Origin: Mobula hypostoma
Taxonomy: Eukaryota
Direction: 5' to 3'
Assembly (NCBI RefSeq): GCF_963921235.1
Contig: NC_086097.1
Location: 129,768,001-129,832,000 of the forward strand
DNA: 64,000 bases
The notes under the pieces are model-generated. The model made no database searches, was not told the origin of the DNA, and was given only the letters and a program-made list of their open reading frames with translations. A program made the translations under genes and the position numbers. Positions 1-12,568 of this stretch are shown piece after piece. Every line of letters begins with the position of its first letter. Position 1 is the first letter of the stretch.

Positions 1-188
1 GATCCTATTATCCTAGTTCTGTGTACATGTGTGTTTTATCATTGCTAACCTGCTGCATTTATATCCTTTTGATTAGGGTACTGTGTTACTTAATTCTTTA
101 ATAAAACTTTCTTAGTTCTAGTAATCCAGACTCCAACTGAGTGGTCCATTTCTGCTGGTTTGGCAACCCAGTTACGGGGTATGTAACA
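1..188 (+). repeat. 5' LTR (partial), family A
   Basis: Ends ...GGGGTATGTAACA; contains AATAAA; homologous to 4064-4251 and to the end of the solo LTR at 25996-26863. Confidence 0.93.
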
Positions 189-192
189 TAAG

Positions 193-211
193 TGGGGTTC
201 TCGTCCGCGAT
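193..211 (+). promoter_or_regulatory. Primer-binding site, tRNA-Pro-like (degenerate)
   Basis: TGGGGTTCTCGTCCGCGAT resembles the canonical tRNA-Pro PBS TGGGGGCTCGTCCGGGAT, 4 nt after the LTR. Confidence 0.8.
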
Positions 212-287
212 TTTGAACGCTAAATTTGGGACTGAGTAAATTGATTGGGTTAAAATTCCCGAAAGAAAGAAAAGGCAAACAGCAGAA

Positions 288-1566
288 ATGGAGATTGAGG
301 AATTTCTAAAGGCGCCGACCTCGGAGGCATTAGAGGATGCCAGGAAATCAGAATTGGTAGCTGTGGCCAAACGGTTGAATCTTGTTAAGGGGAAGTCGAC
401 AATGAGGAGAGAGGAGAAACACAGAGCTATCGTAGAGCATTATGTGTCTAAAGGTGTGTTTCCCCAAGGAGAGCTGGAGGTGATATCTATTGGAAAACCT
501 GATGGAGACGCAGTACAGGTGCAGCTTGAAAAATTGAGACTCGAGCACGAGTTCCGGGTACGGCAGCTAGAACACGAGGAGAAACAGTTAGAATGACAAC
601 GAGAAGAGAGAGAGAGACAGTTAGAACGGCGAGAGAGAGAGGCAGTTGGAGCGAGAAGAAAAACAGAGGGAAAGGGAATTCGAGCTGGAGAGGTTAAAGA
701 TGAGGGCAGAGCAGGGGCCCATGCTAAACCAAGGTGGAGGGTTCAGGGAGGTTAGGCTGGTTCCCCCATTTGACGATACCGATGTGGATCGATACTTTCT
801 CCATTTCGAAAAAGTTGCTGCAAGTCAGGACTGGCCAAGGGATAAGTGGGCTGTTTTGCTTCAGAGTGTACTTAAAGGAAAAGCCCAACAAGCTTACTCG
901 GCTTTGTCCGCGGAAGATGCCCAGAGGTATGAGGTGGTGAAAGAGGCCATCCTTAGGATTTAGGAGTTGGTCCCGGAGGCCTACCGGCAGAGGTTCCGGA
1001 ATGCGAGGAAGCAGTGGGACCGAATGTATTTAGAGTTTGCCTGTGAGATGCAGACATATTGTGAGCGTTGGTGCGCCTCGAAGGGGGTAGATGGGGATTA
1101 TGACAGACTGCTACAGCTGATCCTGATTAAGCAGTTTAAAGGTTGTGTCCCTGACAGTATGAGACCCTACCTAGATGAGAAAGAGGCAGACACTTTAGCC
1201 GCAACTGCTAAGTTAGCGGATGAGTACGCGTTGACACATAAAATGAAGTTTGCCCTGAGTAAAGGCTACCAGAAGGGTAGTCAGGACGGCGGGGAGAGTC
1301 AGCCAGAAAAGTCAGAAAGTAAGCCAGGGACTAGTGAGAAGGATAAGGTAGACCGGGAGCAGTCTGGTAGGAAGTCTCCTGGGGTCGTATGTTATAATTG
1401 TGTGAAAGTCGGACACTTTGCGTCCAGGTGCTTTGCCCCAAAGAAGGAGACGGAAAAAGGAAAAACAGCGATTCCGATGGGCTGTATTGAGCTGGTAAAC
1501 AAACCGCTGGGGAAGGAGAGGTCTGATAAAGTTCAGGAAGGGCGCGAGAGGTTTATCTCGACCTGA
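288..1566 (+). pseudogene. gag: gag (coiled coil, capsid/SCAN-like region, CCHC zinc knuckle), disrupted
   Basis: ORF pieces 288-596, 646-963, 967-1566; motifs LVPPF..YFLHFEKVA, VPEAYRQRFR, CYNCVKVGHFASRC. Confidence 0.9.
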
Positions 1567-3300
1567 TTGGTGTCGGTGAAGGAGGGGTTAAACCCAGTTC
1601 CAATACGGATCTGGAGAGACACTGGAGCGTGTCAGTCATTGATATTAAAGAGTGTGTTTGAGTTTAGTTCAGAGATCCAGACTGGGGAGGTCAGGGTCAA
1701 AGGCATTGGGCAAGGGACTGAAGCAGTGCCTTTGCACCAGATACACCTACAAAGCGACTTCATCTCTGGACTGGTCACGATTGAGGTGGGGCCCGAACTA
1801 CCGATGAAAGGCGTGGAAGTCTTACTCGGTAATGATCTCGTCGGCGGGGAAGCGTATCCAGCAGTAAAATTGACAGGCCCGCCTGCCAGCATTGAGGTCC
1901 CGCCCATGGACTCACAGGGTTATCCCGTTTGCGCAGTGACTCGGCGTATGTCCAGGAAGACTGCCGAAATAGCTCTAGCTGAGACGTTTCTACCAGCCTT
2001 GTACCAGGAGGGGGTAGAAAGTGAAACAGGAGGAAGTGAGGAAATTAAGGTAGATTTATCATTAGAAAGGAGAGAATTTGTACAGGCACAGGAGCGAGAC
2101 GAGGTGCTGATGGTTTCGGCGGGAACAGCTCTCTCTGAAGCAGAATTAAAAAGGGAACCAGTAGGCTATTGTGTGGAGGAGGGAGTGCTAAGGAAGAAAG
2201 GGAGACCAAGTACCGTGCCCGCAGATGAGGAATGGGGGATGGTGCCAAAAATTTATGGGGACGAGATTCTTAACCTGGCTCACAAGGTAACCCTCAGTGG
2301 ACATTTTGGGGGGAGGAAAGCAGTCGGCGGAATCATGAAAGAGTTTTACTGGCTGCACAGGAGGAAGGATGTTATTGACTATTGTAGACGTGAGTTAACA
2401 CAGTTAGAGGCTATTAACATGTTAAAAGCTCACCACGATCAGAAAACGGTTCTAGCTGGTGATATCATGAAAATTAATGAGGCTAGGGTGCCACCTGATA
2501 AGGGGAGGGCCCATTTTGAAAAGATATGTGTGGTGCTGACCAGATGGGAGAACTCTATGTTGACCGACCTTGCCGATGAGGTCTCTCCCTTAATCCCCGA
2601 ACAAAGCAAACCGCTACGAGAGCTAATTAAACGCACGCCCAGATGTCCCGAGGCGATGCAAAGAGCTGGGACATGGAGCTGTTGCCACATCAGGTCAGCC
2701 TAGTGAGCAACACCCCTATAGAATGATTAATTCAGTGACAAACGGGCTAAAGAGCACAGAAGTGTATATTGGCGATGTAGGGGTCTGGAGTGACACGTGG
2801 GAGGAGCACATTATGGCGGTAGAGGAGCTGCTTAGATGGCTGTCTGAAGCCAGCCTGACAGTGAACCTCGCAAAAAGTGAGTTCCGCCGCGCGAAGGTCA
2901 CTTATCTGGGACTTGTGGTAGGACGGGCAGCTGGTTCCGATGCAAGCTAAGGTGCGGGCTATCTCTGAAGTCCCCATCCCGTCAGACAAGAGAGCCTGGA
3001 GAAGGTTCTTGGAGATGGTGGGGTACTATCGGAAGTTTTGCAGAAGAAAAAAAAACAACTTTGCGGATAGTACCCACCCTCTTACTAAGTCCTTGCCAAA
3101 GAATGCTAAGTTGGTATGGGACGACCCTTGTTATCTGTCGGGGCGAAAACCACTGAGAAGTTACACTGATCACAAATCATTAGTGTTTTCGGCCACTATG
3201 AAGTTTGCTAAGTTGGAGCCTGGTTTTAGAGGATTATTAAAATAACACATATAAAAGGAACGGAAAATGTGATTGCTGACTGTCTGTCAGGTGTTGACAA
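1567..3300 (+). pseudogene. pol: pol remnant: protease region retained; integrase, RT and RNase H cores deleted
   Basis: WRDTGACQSL and LLGNDL (protease); AHKVTLSGHFG (IN zinc-finger half); QHPYR fused to MINSV; YIGD; NLAKSEF; GYYRKFC; YTDHK. Confidence 0.88.
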
Positions 3301-3415
3301 CTTAAAATTCTCTGTATTAGCCAAATAGCTGATGAACATGTATACTTGTGTGTACCTAAGAATGTATTCCTGCCTATTATTTTTACCACGGTAAAAATCC
3401 TTTGAAGGGTAGGGA

Positions 3416-4251
3416 TGTGAGAAAAGAACCAGTTATCAGAAGATTGATGCCGATAAGAGGACAATGGGGGAACATGCAAGGTGCTAATAAGAGAGAGACG
3501 AGAGAGATTACTGAAAGGAGACACGGCTCTGAATATTGTCAGAGACCGGTGGCTTTGAACCCTGAACTGTTTGAAGTTTGATGGACAGGCGATACACCAG
3601 CAGGGGGATAAAAAGGGACAGGTTCGCTAAGGCAACCAACAGACACACGACTCCACGAGGTAACGAGACCCTGGAAGCGGTGTACCCCCACAAGTTGGTG
3701 GGAGTTTTTGAGATCTGGTCGCGGGACCAGCCATAGACGCACAGGGTAGAAAGATACGGTCGGTGGGAACCTGATGTGTGTGTCCGCCCTTGCCTGGGTG
3801 TCGGGTTCACCGCAGAAGAACGATCGTATCTGGAACGGAGGGGTCACAGTCAGTGGCCTCAGAAGACATTACAAAGGGCTCGCCCGAAAGCTAACTGCGA
3901 GGAATATCGAAGGTCTGTGTGGAATCCGTTTTGAATATTCATTCGCTTTCGCTCTCTCTCTTCTCCCCGCCCCAACAGCACGACAGTGATTACTGTGAAC
4001 TGAACTGAACTTTGCATCACTTGAAACTGGTCATTTACCCCTAGACTGCGATAGAGCTTGATTGGTCCTATTATCCTAGTTCTGTGTACATGTGTGTTTT
4101 ATCATTGCTAAACTGTTGCATTTATATCCTTTTGATTAGAGTACTGTGTTACTTATTTCTTTAATAAAACTTTCTTAGTTCCAGTAATCCAGACTCCAAC
4201 TAAGTGGTCCATTTCTGCTGGTTTGGCAACCCAGTTATGGGGTACATAACA
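3416..4251 (+). repeat. 3' LTR, family A
   Basis: TG...CA termini, preceded by PPT; homologous to the solo LTR at 25996-26863. Confidence 0.93.
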
Positions 4252-4761
4252 CTTTCTACCAAGTTAATACATGTATGCAAGTCATGACAATGCCATTGCC
4301 TGTTTAACGATGTATTTCCCTTTTTGATACTCTTACTCCAAAAATACACCGTTACATTACTTTGGTTCCGTGAACTGCACTTTATTTCAATCAGTCCAAT
4401 GCAACCAAAATTTTTAAACATGCAACTCATGAGTTGCAACTTAGTATAGGAAAATTTTACAAAATTGTTCTCAAAATTACTCCAGCCTGGCTAAGCAGTT
4501 GAGAGGTGAGTCAAAACAGACACTTAGATGTTATACAAGAGGATGCAGACAGTAGAATCTGGAGCAAAAAAAAATTAGCTGCTGGAGGAACTCAGCGATC
4601 AGTCAGCATCTATGGAGGGAACTGGACAGTCAATGTTTAGATTGGGATCCTTCATTTAGTCTCATACACTTAAGAAATGTGACCCACACACTCTCTATGT
4701 ATTGAATATTCTGTAAGAGAGTCAGAAAATCTAACAAACAAGATACTTTAGTAAGATCCTA

Positions 4762-6966
4762 TAAAACCCGCTGATAAGGGGGGCGCTGTTGTAGTCTGGC
4801 ATACTGACCTCTACCTTGCCAAGGCACAGCAACAACTCGCCGATACCTCCTCTTATCTACCCCTCGATCATGACCCCACTAAGGAGCATCAGGCCATTGT
4901 CTCCCACACCATCACCAACATTATCAGCTCTGGGGATCTCCCATCCACTGCCACCAACCTTATAGTTCCCACACCCACACTTCCCGTTTCTACCTCCTAC
5001 CCAAGATCCACAAACCTGCCTGTCCTGGCCGACCTATTGTCTCAGCTTGCTCCTGCCCCACCGAACTCGTTTCTGCATACCTCGACACTGTTTTATCCCC
5101 CCTTGTCCAATCCCTTCCCAGCTATGTTCATGACACTTCTCATGCTCTGAATTTTTTGAATAATTTTAAGTTCCCTGGCCCCCACCGCTTTATTTTCATC
5201 ATGGATGTCCAGTCCCTATATACTTCCATCCCCCACAGGAAGGTCTCAAAGCTCTCCGCTTCTTTTTGGATTCCAGACCTAACCAGTTCCCCTCTACCAC
5301 CACTCTCTGCCGTCTAGCAGAATTAGTCCTTACCCTTAATAATTTCTCCTTTGGCTCCTCCCACTTCCTCCAAACTAAAGATGTAGCCATGGGCACCCGT
5401 ATGGGTCCCAGCTATGCCTGCCTTTTTGTTGGCTTTGTGGAACAATCCATGTTCCAAGCCTATACTGGTATCTGTCCCCCACTTTTCCTTCGCTACATTG
5501 ATGGCTGCATTGGCGCTGCTTCCTGCATGCATGCAGAGCTCGTTGACTTTATTAACTTTGTCTCCAACTTTCGCCCTGCCCTCAAGTTTACCTGGTCCAT
5601 TTCCGACACCTCCCTCCACTTTCTTTATCTTTCTGTCTCTATCTCTGGAGACAGCTTATCTACTGATGTCTACTATAAGCCTACGGACTCTCACAGCTAC
5701 CTGGACTATTCCTCTTCCCACCCTGTCTCTTGCCAAAGTGCCACCCCCTTCTTGCAATTCTTCCGTCTCCGCCGCATCTGCTCTCAGGATGAGGCTTTTC
5801 ATTCCGGGACGAAGGAGATGTTCTCCTTTTTCAAAGAAAGGGGCTTCCCTTCCTCCACCATCAACTCTGCTCTCAAACGCATCTCTCTCATTTCACTCAC
5901 ATCTGCTCTCACCCCATGCTCCCGCCCCCCCCCACTAAAGATAGGGTTCCCCTTGTCCTCACCTACCACCCCACCAGCCTCCAGCTCCAACATATAGTTC
6001 TCCGTAACTTCCACTACCTCCAATGGGATCCCACCACCAAGCATATCTTTCCCTCCCCCCCCCCGCTTTCCACAAGGATCACTCCCTACGCGACTCCCTT
6101 GTCCATTCGTCACCCCCCCCCCATCCCTTCCCACCAATCTCCCTCCCGGCACTTATCCTTGTAAGCAGAACAAGTGCTACACATGCCCTTACACTTCCTC
6201 CCTTACCACCATTCAGGGCCCCAGACAGTCCTTCCAGGTGAGGCGACACTTCACCTGTAAGTCGGCTGGTGTGATATACTGTGTCCAATGCTCCCGGTGC
6301 GGCCTTCTATATATTGGTGAGACCCGATGCAGACTGGGAGACCGTTTCGCTGAACGCCTACGCTCTGTCCGCGAGAGAAAGCAGGATCTCCCAGTGGCCA
6401 CACATTTTAATTCCACATCCCATTCCCATTCTGATATGTCAATCCACGGCCTCCTCTACTGTCAAGATGAAGCCACACTCGGGTTGGAGGAACAACACCT
6501 TATATTCCATCTGGGTAGCCTCCAACCTGATGGCATGAACATTGATTTCTCTAACTTCTGTTAATGCCCCTCCTCCCCTTCTTACCCCACCCCTCTTTAT
6601 TTATTCCTTTTTTTTCCTTCTCTCTCCTTTTTTCTCTCTCTCCCTCTCATAATAACTCCTTGCCTGCTGTTCATCTTCCTCTGGTGCTCCCCTCCCCCTT
6701 TCTTTCTCCCTAGCCCTCCCATCCCATGATCCTCCCCTTTCTCCAGCCTTATATCCCTTTTGCCAATCAACTTTCCAGCTCTTAGTTTCATCCCTCAGTC
6801 TTCTCCTATCATTTCGGACCTCCCCCTCCCCCTCTCAAATCTCTTACTATCTCTTCTTTCTTTCAGCTAGTCCTGTCGAAGGGTCTCGGCTCAAAACGTC
6901 GACTGTCCTTCTTCCTATAGATGCTGCCTGGCCTGCTGCGTTCACCAGCATTTTGTGTGTGTTACT
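4762..6966 (+). mobile_element. Penelope-like element (RT + GIY-YIG endonuclease), 5'-truncated and frameshifted
   Basis: KPADKG at the start, AMGTRMGPSYA, FLRYID, YYKPTDSHSYL; GVIYCVQCSRCGLLYIGET..R..E (GIY-YIG); 3' pseudo-LTR. Confidence 0.92.
6868..6905 (+). ncRNA. Degenerate hammerhead motif in Penelope pLTR
   Basis: TAGTC-CTGTCGA-AGGGTCTCGGCTC-AAAA-C-GTC-GACTG; core substitutions relative to the intact copy at 19789. Confidence 0.6.
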
Positions 6967-7307
6967 TTAATAAATATCAGCTTACAGCGCCTTTCCCATC
7001 ACTGGGAATTTTTCCTCCCACAGAGACTCTCTGACATGATTCACACTAAAGGCTGTTGCAACAATATCTGGAGTAGTTGAGCACATGATACAATTCTTAA
7101 ATTGATATCAACCTATATTACATTTGCCACACACTTCTGTTACACATACCTCATATAGTAAATGCATTGTTACCTGGTATCTCATCTAACAGAATAGCAT
7201 TACCAAACTGTTCACTTACCTTTTCCATTTATGAAAATACCAACCAATGACTGAGGTTGTGTTGGAATAAAGTTGATGGGTCAAATGTAAAATACATCAT
7301 GACCCTT

Positions 7308-8120
7308 AGGAGGCCAATGGTGCCTAACGGCGACTCCTTATCTTGAATCTTCGGAAACAGCTCTATTTCTATCTTTAATATCTCTATTTTTCTTTCTCCG
7401 GGCTCCTTTGAAGACCCTGACCTGGAGTTACAGGCTGACTTTGGTTCCTTGCAGGAATGGGACCCGCCCTCGGAGTATCACGACTGGCCGCTATTCGATA
7501 TGCCAAGAACGTGGCCTAGAAGACTAGCGTGCCTTCAGGGTTCCGGGATTTCATGGCTCTGGAAGCAGGTGGACTCGAGGTCGGTGCCTCCACAGGAAAT
7601 TAGGGTGTCATGGGAGTACACGGAAGATCGAAAGCAGCAAGCTGGCTGCTGGCAGTGTGCCCAGAGACCCGAGTTCTTTGGGCGCAGAGCCTGGAAAAAG
7701 CAACACAACAGACTTTTAACCCCATAAATCAGCTCCCTTCCCACTGTGAAACAGGGACGTGACTTTTTCCCTTTTTAGGGAGAGAGGAAGAGAGAGCCTG
7801 TGGTAACATTGAATTACTGGGTGAACGAGTAGCCTCTGGGGTACTGCAAGTCTGTGTCTTTATTGATGCTTTGCTGCACACTTGCGTGCTCGGTGTGGAG
7901 TGCAGATGCTTTTTGCTGATGGAGGAGGGGGAGGGGGTCATTGCTTTGCTGCTGCTTGTGTGTGGGAGGGGGAGAGCGGGGGGGTTTGGGTTCTAAATTT
8001 AACTGTCATTCGTTCTTTGGGGCACTCCTCTGTTTCTGTGGATGGTTGTGAAGAAAAAGAATTTCAGGATGTATACTGTATACATTTCTCTGACATTAAA
8101 TGTACCTTTGAAACCTTTGA
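7308..8120 (+). mobile_element. Non-coding retroposon with LINE-like (Rex1-type) 3' tail
   Basis: Ends ATTAAATGTACCTTTGAAACCTTTGA (short tandem tail); GACCC on both flanks; CpG-richer than surroundings; no ORF homology seen. Confidence 0.5.
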
Positions 8121-8689
8121 CCCCTCAATCCATCCAATTGATGTTCAGAGTGTCCTGTCCTTCCTTGCTGCAGTGTGCAGGGACAAAAAAATTCAAAGAT
8201 ATACAGAGTAGCAGAGCGCAGATACTCAACCCAGCCCAACCTGATGACTTGCTCCCACTCACTGCATTGCTATAGCCACAATATGCATGGTTTATCTATG
8301 TTTATATGTATTTAAATATGGTTTTACCAACATTGTATGTCATTTAACTTTATTTCAACTGATTTTAGGATCTCTGATTAGAAGGAACAATTAGGGACAG
8401 TTCAAAGACATGATCTTAATGAATTCAGTAATAGTGCGTATTGCTGAATTGGGGATAGTAACATGACCTGCCCCCCCATGTATGCTGATGTCATCACTGG
8501 TAAAACCACACCTTCTACAGCTGATTGGCTCCTTTGCTCTGCAGACATCATCCATCTTGAAGATTGTGTAATTGTTTCAGGCTCCACAATATCCATGTGA
8601 GAGTCAGTGCTCATTCTCAGTCAGATTTGCAGTCCTTGTACCCCACTTCATATTGTTCCTTCAGTCAACGGATGATTGGCATAGTTCAC

Positions 8690-9260
8690 AACAGAAGAAT
8701 AAGGAGTCGGCCATATGGAGTTTTGAGTTTCCTCTGCTGTTCATCAAGACTATGGCTCAGCATTATTTTCTACCCACGTCTCCATGTCCCTTTGATTCCA
8801 TTAATACCCAGAAATCAATTGGTTTCTATTTGAGAAACATAACAACAAGCCTCCATGACCCTTTGGGGTAGAGGGTTCCAAAGGTACATCACACTCTTGA
8901 GCGATGACATTTCTTCTCATCTCAGTCCAAAGTGGCCCAGTTCTTATTCATAATCTGTACCCTCTGATCCTTGACTTGTCAATCAGGAGAATAACAATTT
9001 TGGTACTCGGTCTTATATACCCTAAAATTTTTTTATGTTTCAGTGAAATCCTAAACTCTAGAAAACACAGTCTCAAGCTACTGAACTGCTCTTCATGTGA
9101 TTCCATCCCTGGAACCAGTCAATTGGAAATTCTTTGCACTCCCTCTCTGACAAGCATATCCTTTTCACAGACAAAGAGATCAAAACCGTACGCAATGTCC
9201 CAAATACAGTCTCACCTATGCAACTGTAATAAAGCTTCCTCACTCCTGCAATATATCAGA
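8690..9260 (-). mobile_element. Old CR1 LINE 3' fragment
   Basis: Degenerate similarity to the CR1 3' ends at 24883-25450 and 39003-39560. Confidence 0.6.
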
Positions 9261-10029
9261 TGTACATTCCCATCTCTTAATTTCTTATGCCATAGATGTT
9301 ATTAAGGAAAAGGAACAGCACGATTTATTATATATCACAAAAAGATGAACCAGTAGCTCACTTCGTACTAAATTTCATTAGCACTTTGATTTTCATAAAC
9401 AGAGCCAATGTCTATCAACCCTCTGGTTTTACCATCTGTGAAGCAAAAGCTCCCTAGCTACAATGAATGTTATTTCTGACAGTACTTTGAAATAAGCAGG
9501 GAGGCACTTTTAGAGAGCTCTGCTCAAGAGGACAGTGAAGAGCAGGAATTTATGAAGAGCAGCTGGCCTTCTTAAGAAACCACAGTACCATTACTGCCCA
9601 GTCAGTAACAAGCCATACAAAGTACTAGCCATCCGATGCTAAAGCACTTGAGCCTGGAATGAAAGCACAAGCCAGCCAACATTCTATTTCCTAATGATAT
9701 GGATAAATTTTGGCTTAAAATACCAATTGCAACATTTCCAATTACATGGTTGCACACATCTGACAAGTAAATTCATTTTGATAAATCATGGAGCAATAAG
9801 AACATAATGACCTAAATGGCATATTCTAATTCCTACTCCAACTTCACTCCTTTTGGAGTCTATAAAAGTCAGCCAATAGCAGCTTGAAAACTTTGGTTTC
9901 CAACTCCTAGCTTTTTGGTCTTTCTCCTTCAGCAATCCACATCCAATGTCCTCTTTTGAAAAACAACTACTATCCTCTCTCCCATCCTTCTTTCTCCCCA
10001 CACCACAAACCTTAGTACTAGTCTGATCG

Positions 10030-11290
10030 TAAACACAAAAAATTTTTACAGATGCTGGAAGTCTTTAGCAACTCACAGGAAATGCTGGAGGAACCAGCAT
10101 TTGGGCCGAGACTCTTGACAAGGACTAGAAAGGAAGGGCTAAGAAGCCAGAATATGGAAGCAGGGTTGAGGGGAAGGCGTGAAAGATGGCCAATGATAGA
10201 TTAGAGAGGTGAGAGGAAGGTGGGTGGGTTGGGGGGGGGGCGTGGAATGAAGCAGGAAGCTGGGAGGTGATAGGTGGAAGAAGGAATTTAATAGGAGAGG
10301 ACAGAAGACCAGAGGACACACTCAGAATAGAAGGACGTCCATTTAGAATGGAGATGAAGAGGAATTTCTTTAGCCTGAGAGTGGTGAAGCTGTGGAATTC
10401 TTTGCCACAGGCAGCTGTGGAGGCTGTGTCATTGAGAATATTTAAGGCAGAGGTTGATAGATTCTTGGTTAGTCAGGGCATGAAAGGATACGGGGAGAAG
10501 GCAGGAGATGGGCCTGAGAGGGAAATGGATCAGCCATGATGAAATGGCAGGGCAGACTCGATGGGCCAAATGGCTTAATTCTGCTCCTATGTCTTATGGA
10601 CCATGGAAGAAAGGGAAGGGGGAGGGGAACCAGAGGAATGTGGAGAAGAGAAGGGATAAGAAGGTAATCAGAATGAGGAATGCACAAAGAGAGAAGGGGG
10701 AGGTGTGAGTAATTACCAGAAGTTAGAGAAATCGATGTTCACGCCATCAAGTTGGACTGCATCCTCCAGCCAGACTGAAAATGAGGTGTTGCTCCTGCAA
10801 CCTGAGTTTGGCCTCATCATGGCAGGAGGTCAAAATGAGAATGGGAAGTGAAATTGAAATGGGTAGACACTGGGAGCTTCTGTCTTCTATGGTGGACAGA
10901 GCAAAGGTGCTTGATGAACTAGTCCCCCAATCTGCATATAGTCTCACAAATGTAGAGGAGACACCAGGAGCACCTGCTACAATAGATGACCCCAACAGAC
11001 TCATAGGTCAAGTGTTGGCTCACTTGGAGGGACTGTTGGAACCCTGAATGGTGGTGAGGGAGGAAGTGTGAGGGAAGGTATAGATATCCTGCTTCCTACT
11101 TCATCCTCCCTCCCGCACCCATCCATCTTCACCTATCACTGACATCCTTCACCCCACCTCCAAATCCTGGCTTCTGTCCCCTTTCCTTTCTGCTCCCCAT
11201 GAAGAGTCTCAGCCTGAAACGTTAATTGTTTATTGCTCTCCATAGATACTGCTGGCCTTGCTGAGCTCCTCCAGCATTTTTTTGGGTGTC
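10030..11290. mobile_element. Penelope-like fragment (minus) with inverted pLTR piece, interrupted by a CR1 3' end (about 10311-10600)
   Basis: Minus-strand CHDEAKLRLQEQHLIF (GIY-YIG C-terminus); pLTR motifs at 10050-10130 (-) and 11195-11285 (+); CR1 tail LRIEGRPFRMEMKRNFFS. Confidence 0.75.
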
Positions 11291-12145
11291 AACCAGACTG
11301 TGCTTTTTTTTGAGGCACAAAAAATCTCAGTGGAGCCTTGCAAGCTGGATATGTAGAACACAGCCTTACTGAAGGATTCAACTTCCAGCAATGCAATGAA
11401 GCCCTTGTGCTTTCAAACAGAATAATCAAAACATTTCACTTGCCTGCCTCTGTCCACGCCCCTCTTTCCTAGGAAGCAATAGTGCAGCGTGCATAAAATG
11501 TCGTAAAGCAAATTCTGACTGCAAAGTATCAAAAAATAAGTTTAAGCTGCACACACAAGGTTACAATGTTCTGAATAAATTATCTGCAGACAGCTGTGGG
11601 ACAGATTTGGATGACAATCTGAACATTATTTCTGAGTACATTAAAGTCACGTTGTACTTCATTCAATTTATTGGCATCATTTACAAAAGGGAAATAAAAT
11701 GTCCCTAGAATGCCAACCCTTGTTAAATTGATCTTTCTAATGTTCCATGACATTTGTGGTTAAATCATTGATGCTTTCTTCCCACGTTGTTCTGGCATTA
11801 CTTTGCTGATTTAAGGGATCGATCCAAAAGAACAGACCATTAACCAGGTACCTGAAATATCACTCTGCCTTACACCATACACTGCACATTCCCAATTCCC
11901 CCAAGCACCTGAGCACATAACTTTAGCAAACTGTGAGTCAAAGTCAAAGCGAATGCAAGCTAAAACGTGGCCACCCAATAGACCCATGACGCATTTACCA
12001 GGTCATACATTATGTGCCACAAGTGGTCTTTTCAGGCAATGCCTGGACTCTGAGGGAAAGCTCCTTGACTTGCTCCTACATGGGATCTCTAGACTGTGCT
12101 GTAGATGAGACATGGGGTGCTTGAGGGAATGGGCACGTGTGAGTA

Positions 12146-12568
12146 CTTTGGAAAGTCTCTCTGTGCCCTTCTTCTACAACCTGAGAATAAGACTATTAAA
12201 TGGACCTCCTGTTAAATAAGATGGTGCCACGACATCACAATACATTTTTTCTCTCTTCAAATCTTTTTATTATTATTATCCAAAATTAACAAGAGTACAT
12301 CGAAGTAGGCAACACTTACAATGTCTCAAGAAAAAAAACATTGTTTTAAAGATTGAAAAAATTTTGGTGACAAAAAGGAGGGGGAGAAAACCCCTACTGA
12401 GCAAGGAAAAGTGAGGGGGAAAAAACCCATTAGGTGTTCCACCCCGGAGCCATGCGTCATACAAAAAGCTTCTTTGGAAAGTCTCTCTGGGCCTTTCTTC
12501 TACAATTTGAGAATAAGACTATTGAATGGACCTCTTGTTAAATAAGATGGTGTCGTGACATCACAATA
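12146..12568. repeat. 97-bp direct repeat (12146-12242 / 12472-12568) flanking a ~230-bp insert
   Basis: The two copies differ at 9 of 97 positions; the insert starts T-rich and looks like a minus-strand LINE 3' end. Confidence 0.85.

Larger units (their letters stand above)
1..4251 (+). mobile_element. Gmr1-like Gypsy LTR retrotransposon, family A, internally deleted (5' LTR cut by window edge)
   Basis: LTR end 1-188 matches 4064-4251 (about 10 mismatches in 188 nt); PBS; gag with CCHC; protease DTG; IN/RT/RH remnants; polypurine tract GAAGGGTAGGGA before the 3' LTR. Confidence 0.93.

Noticed and set aside
11735..11852. Acceptor-like TTTCAG|G followed by a short minus-strand frame; similar isolated splice-like sites near 7219 and 9655
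   Set aside because: No paired strong donor/acceptor with a recognisable peptide; cannot be supported as exons
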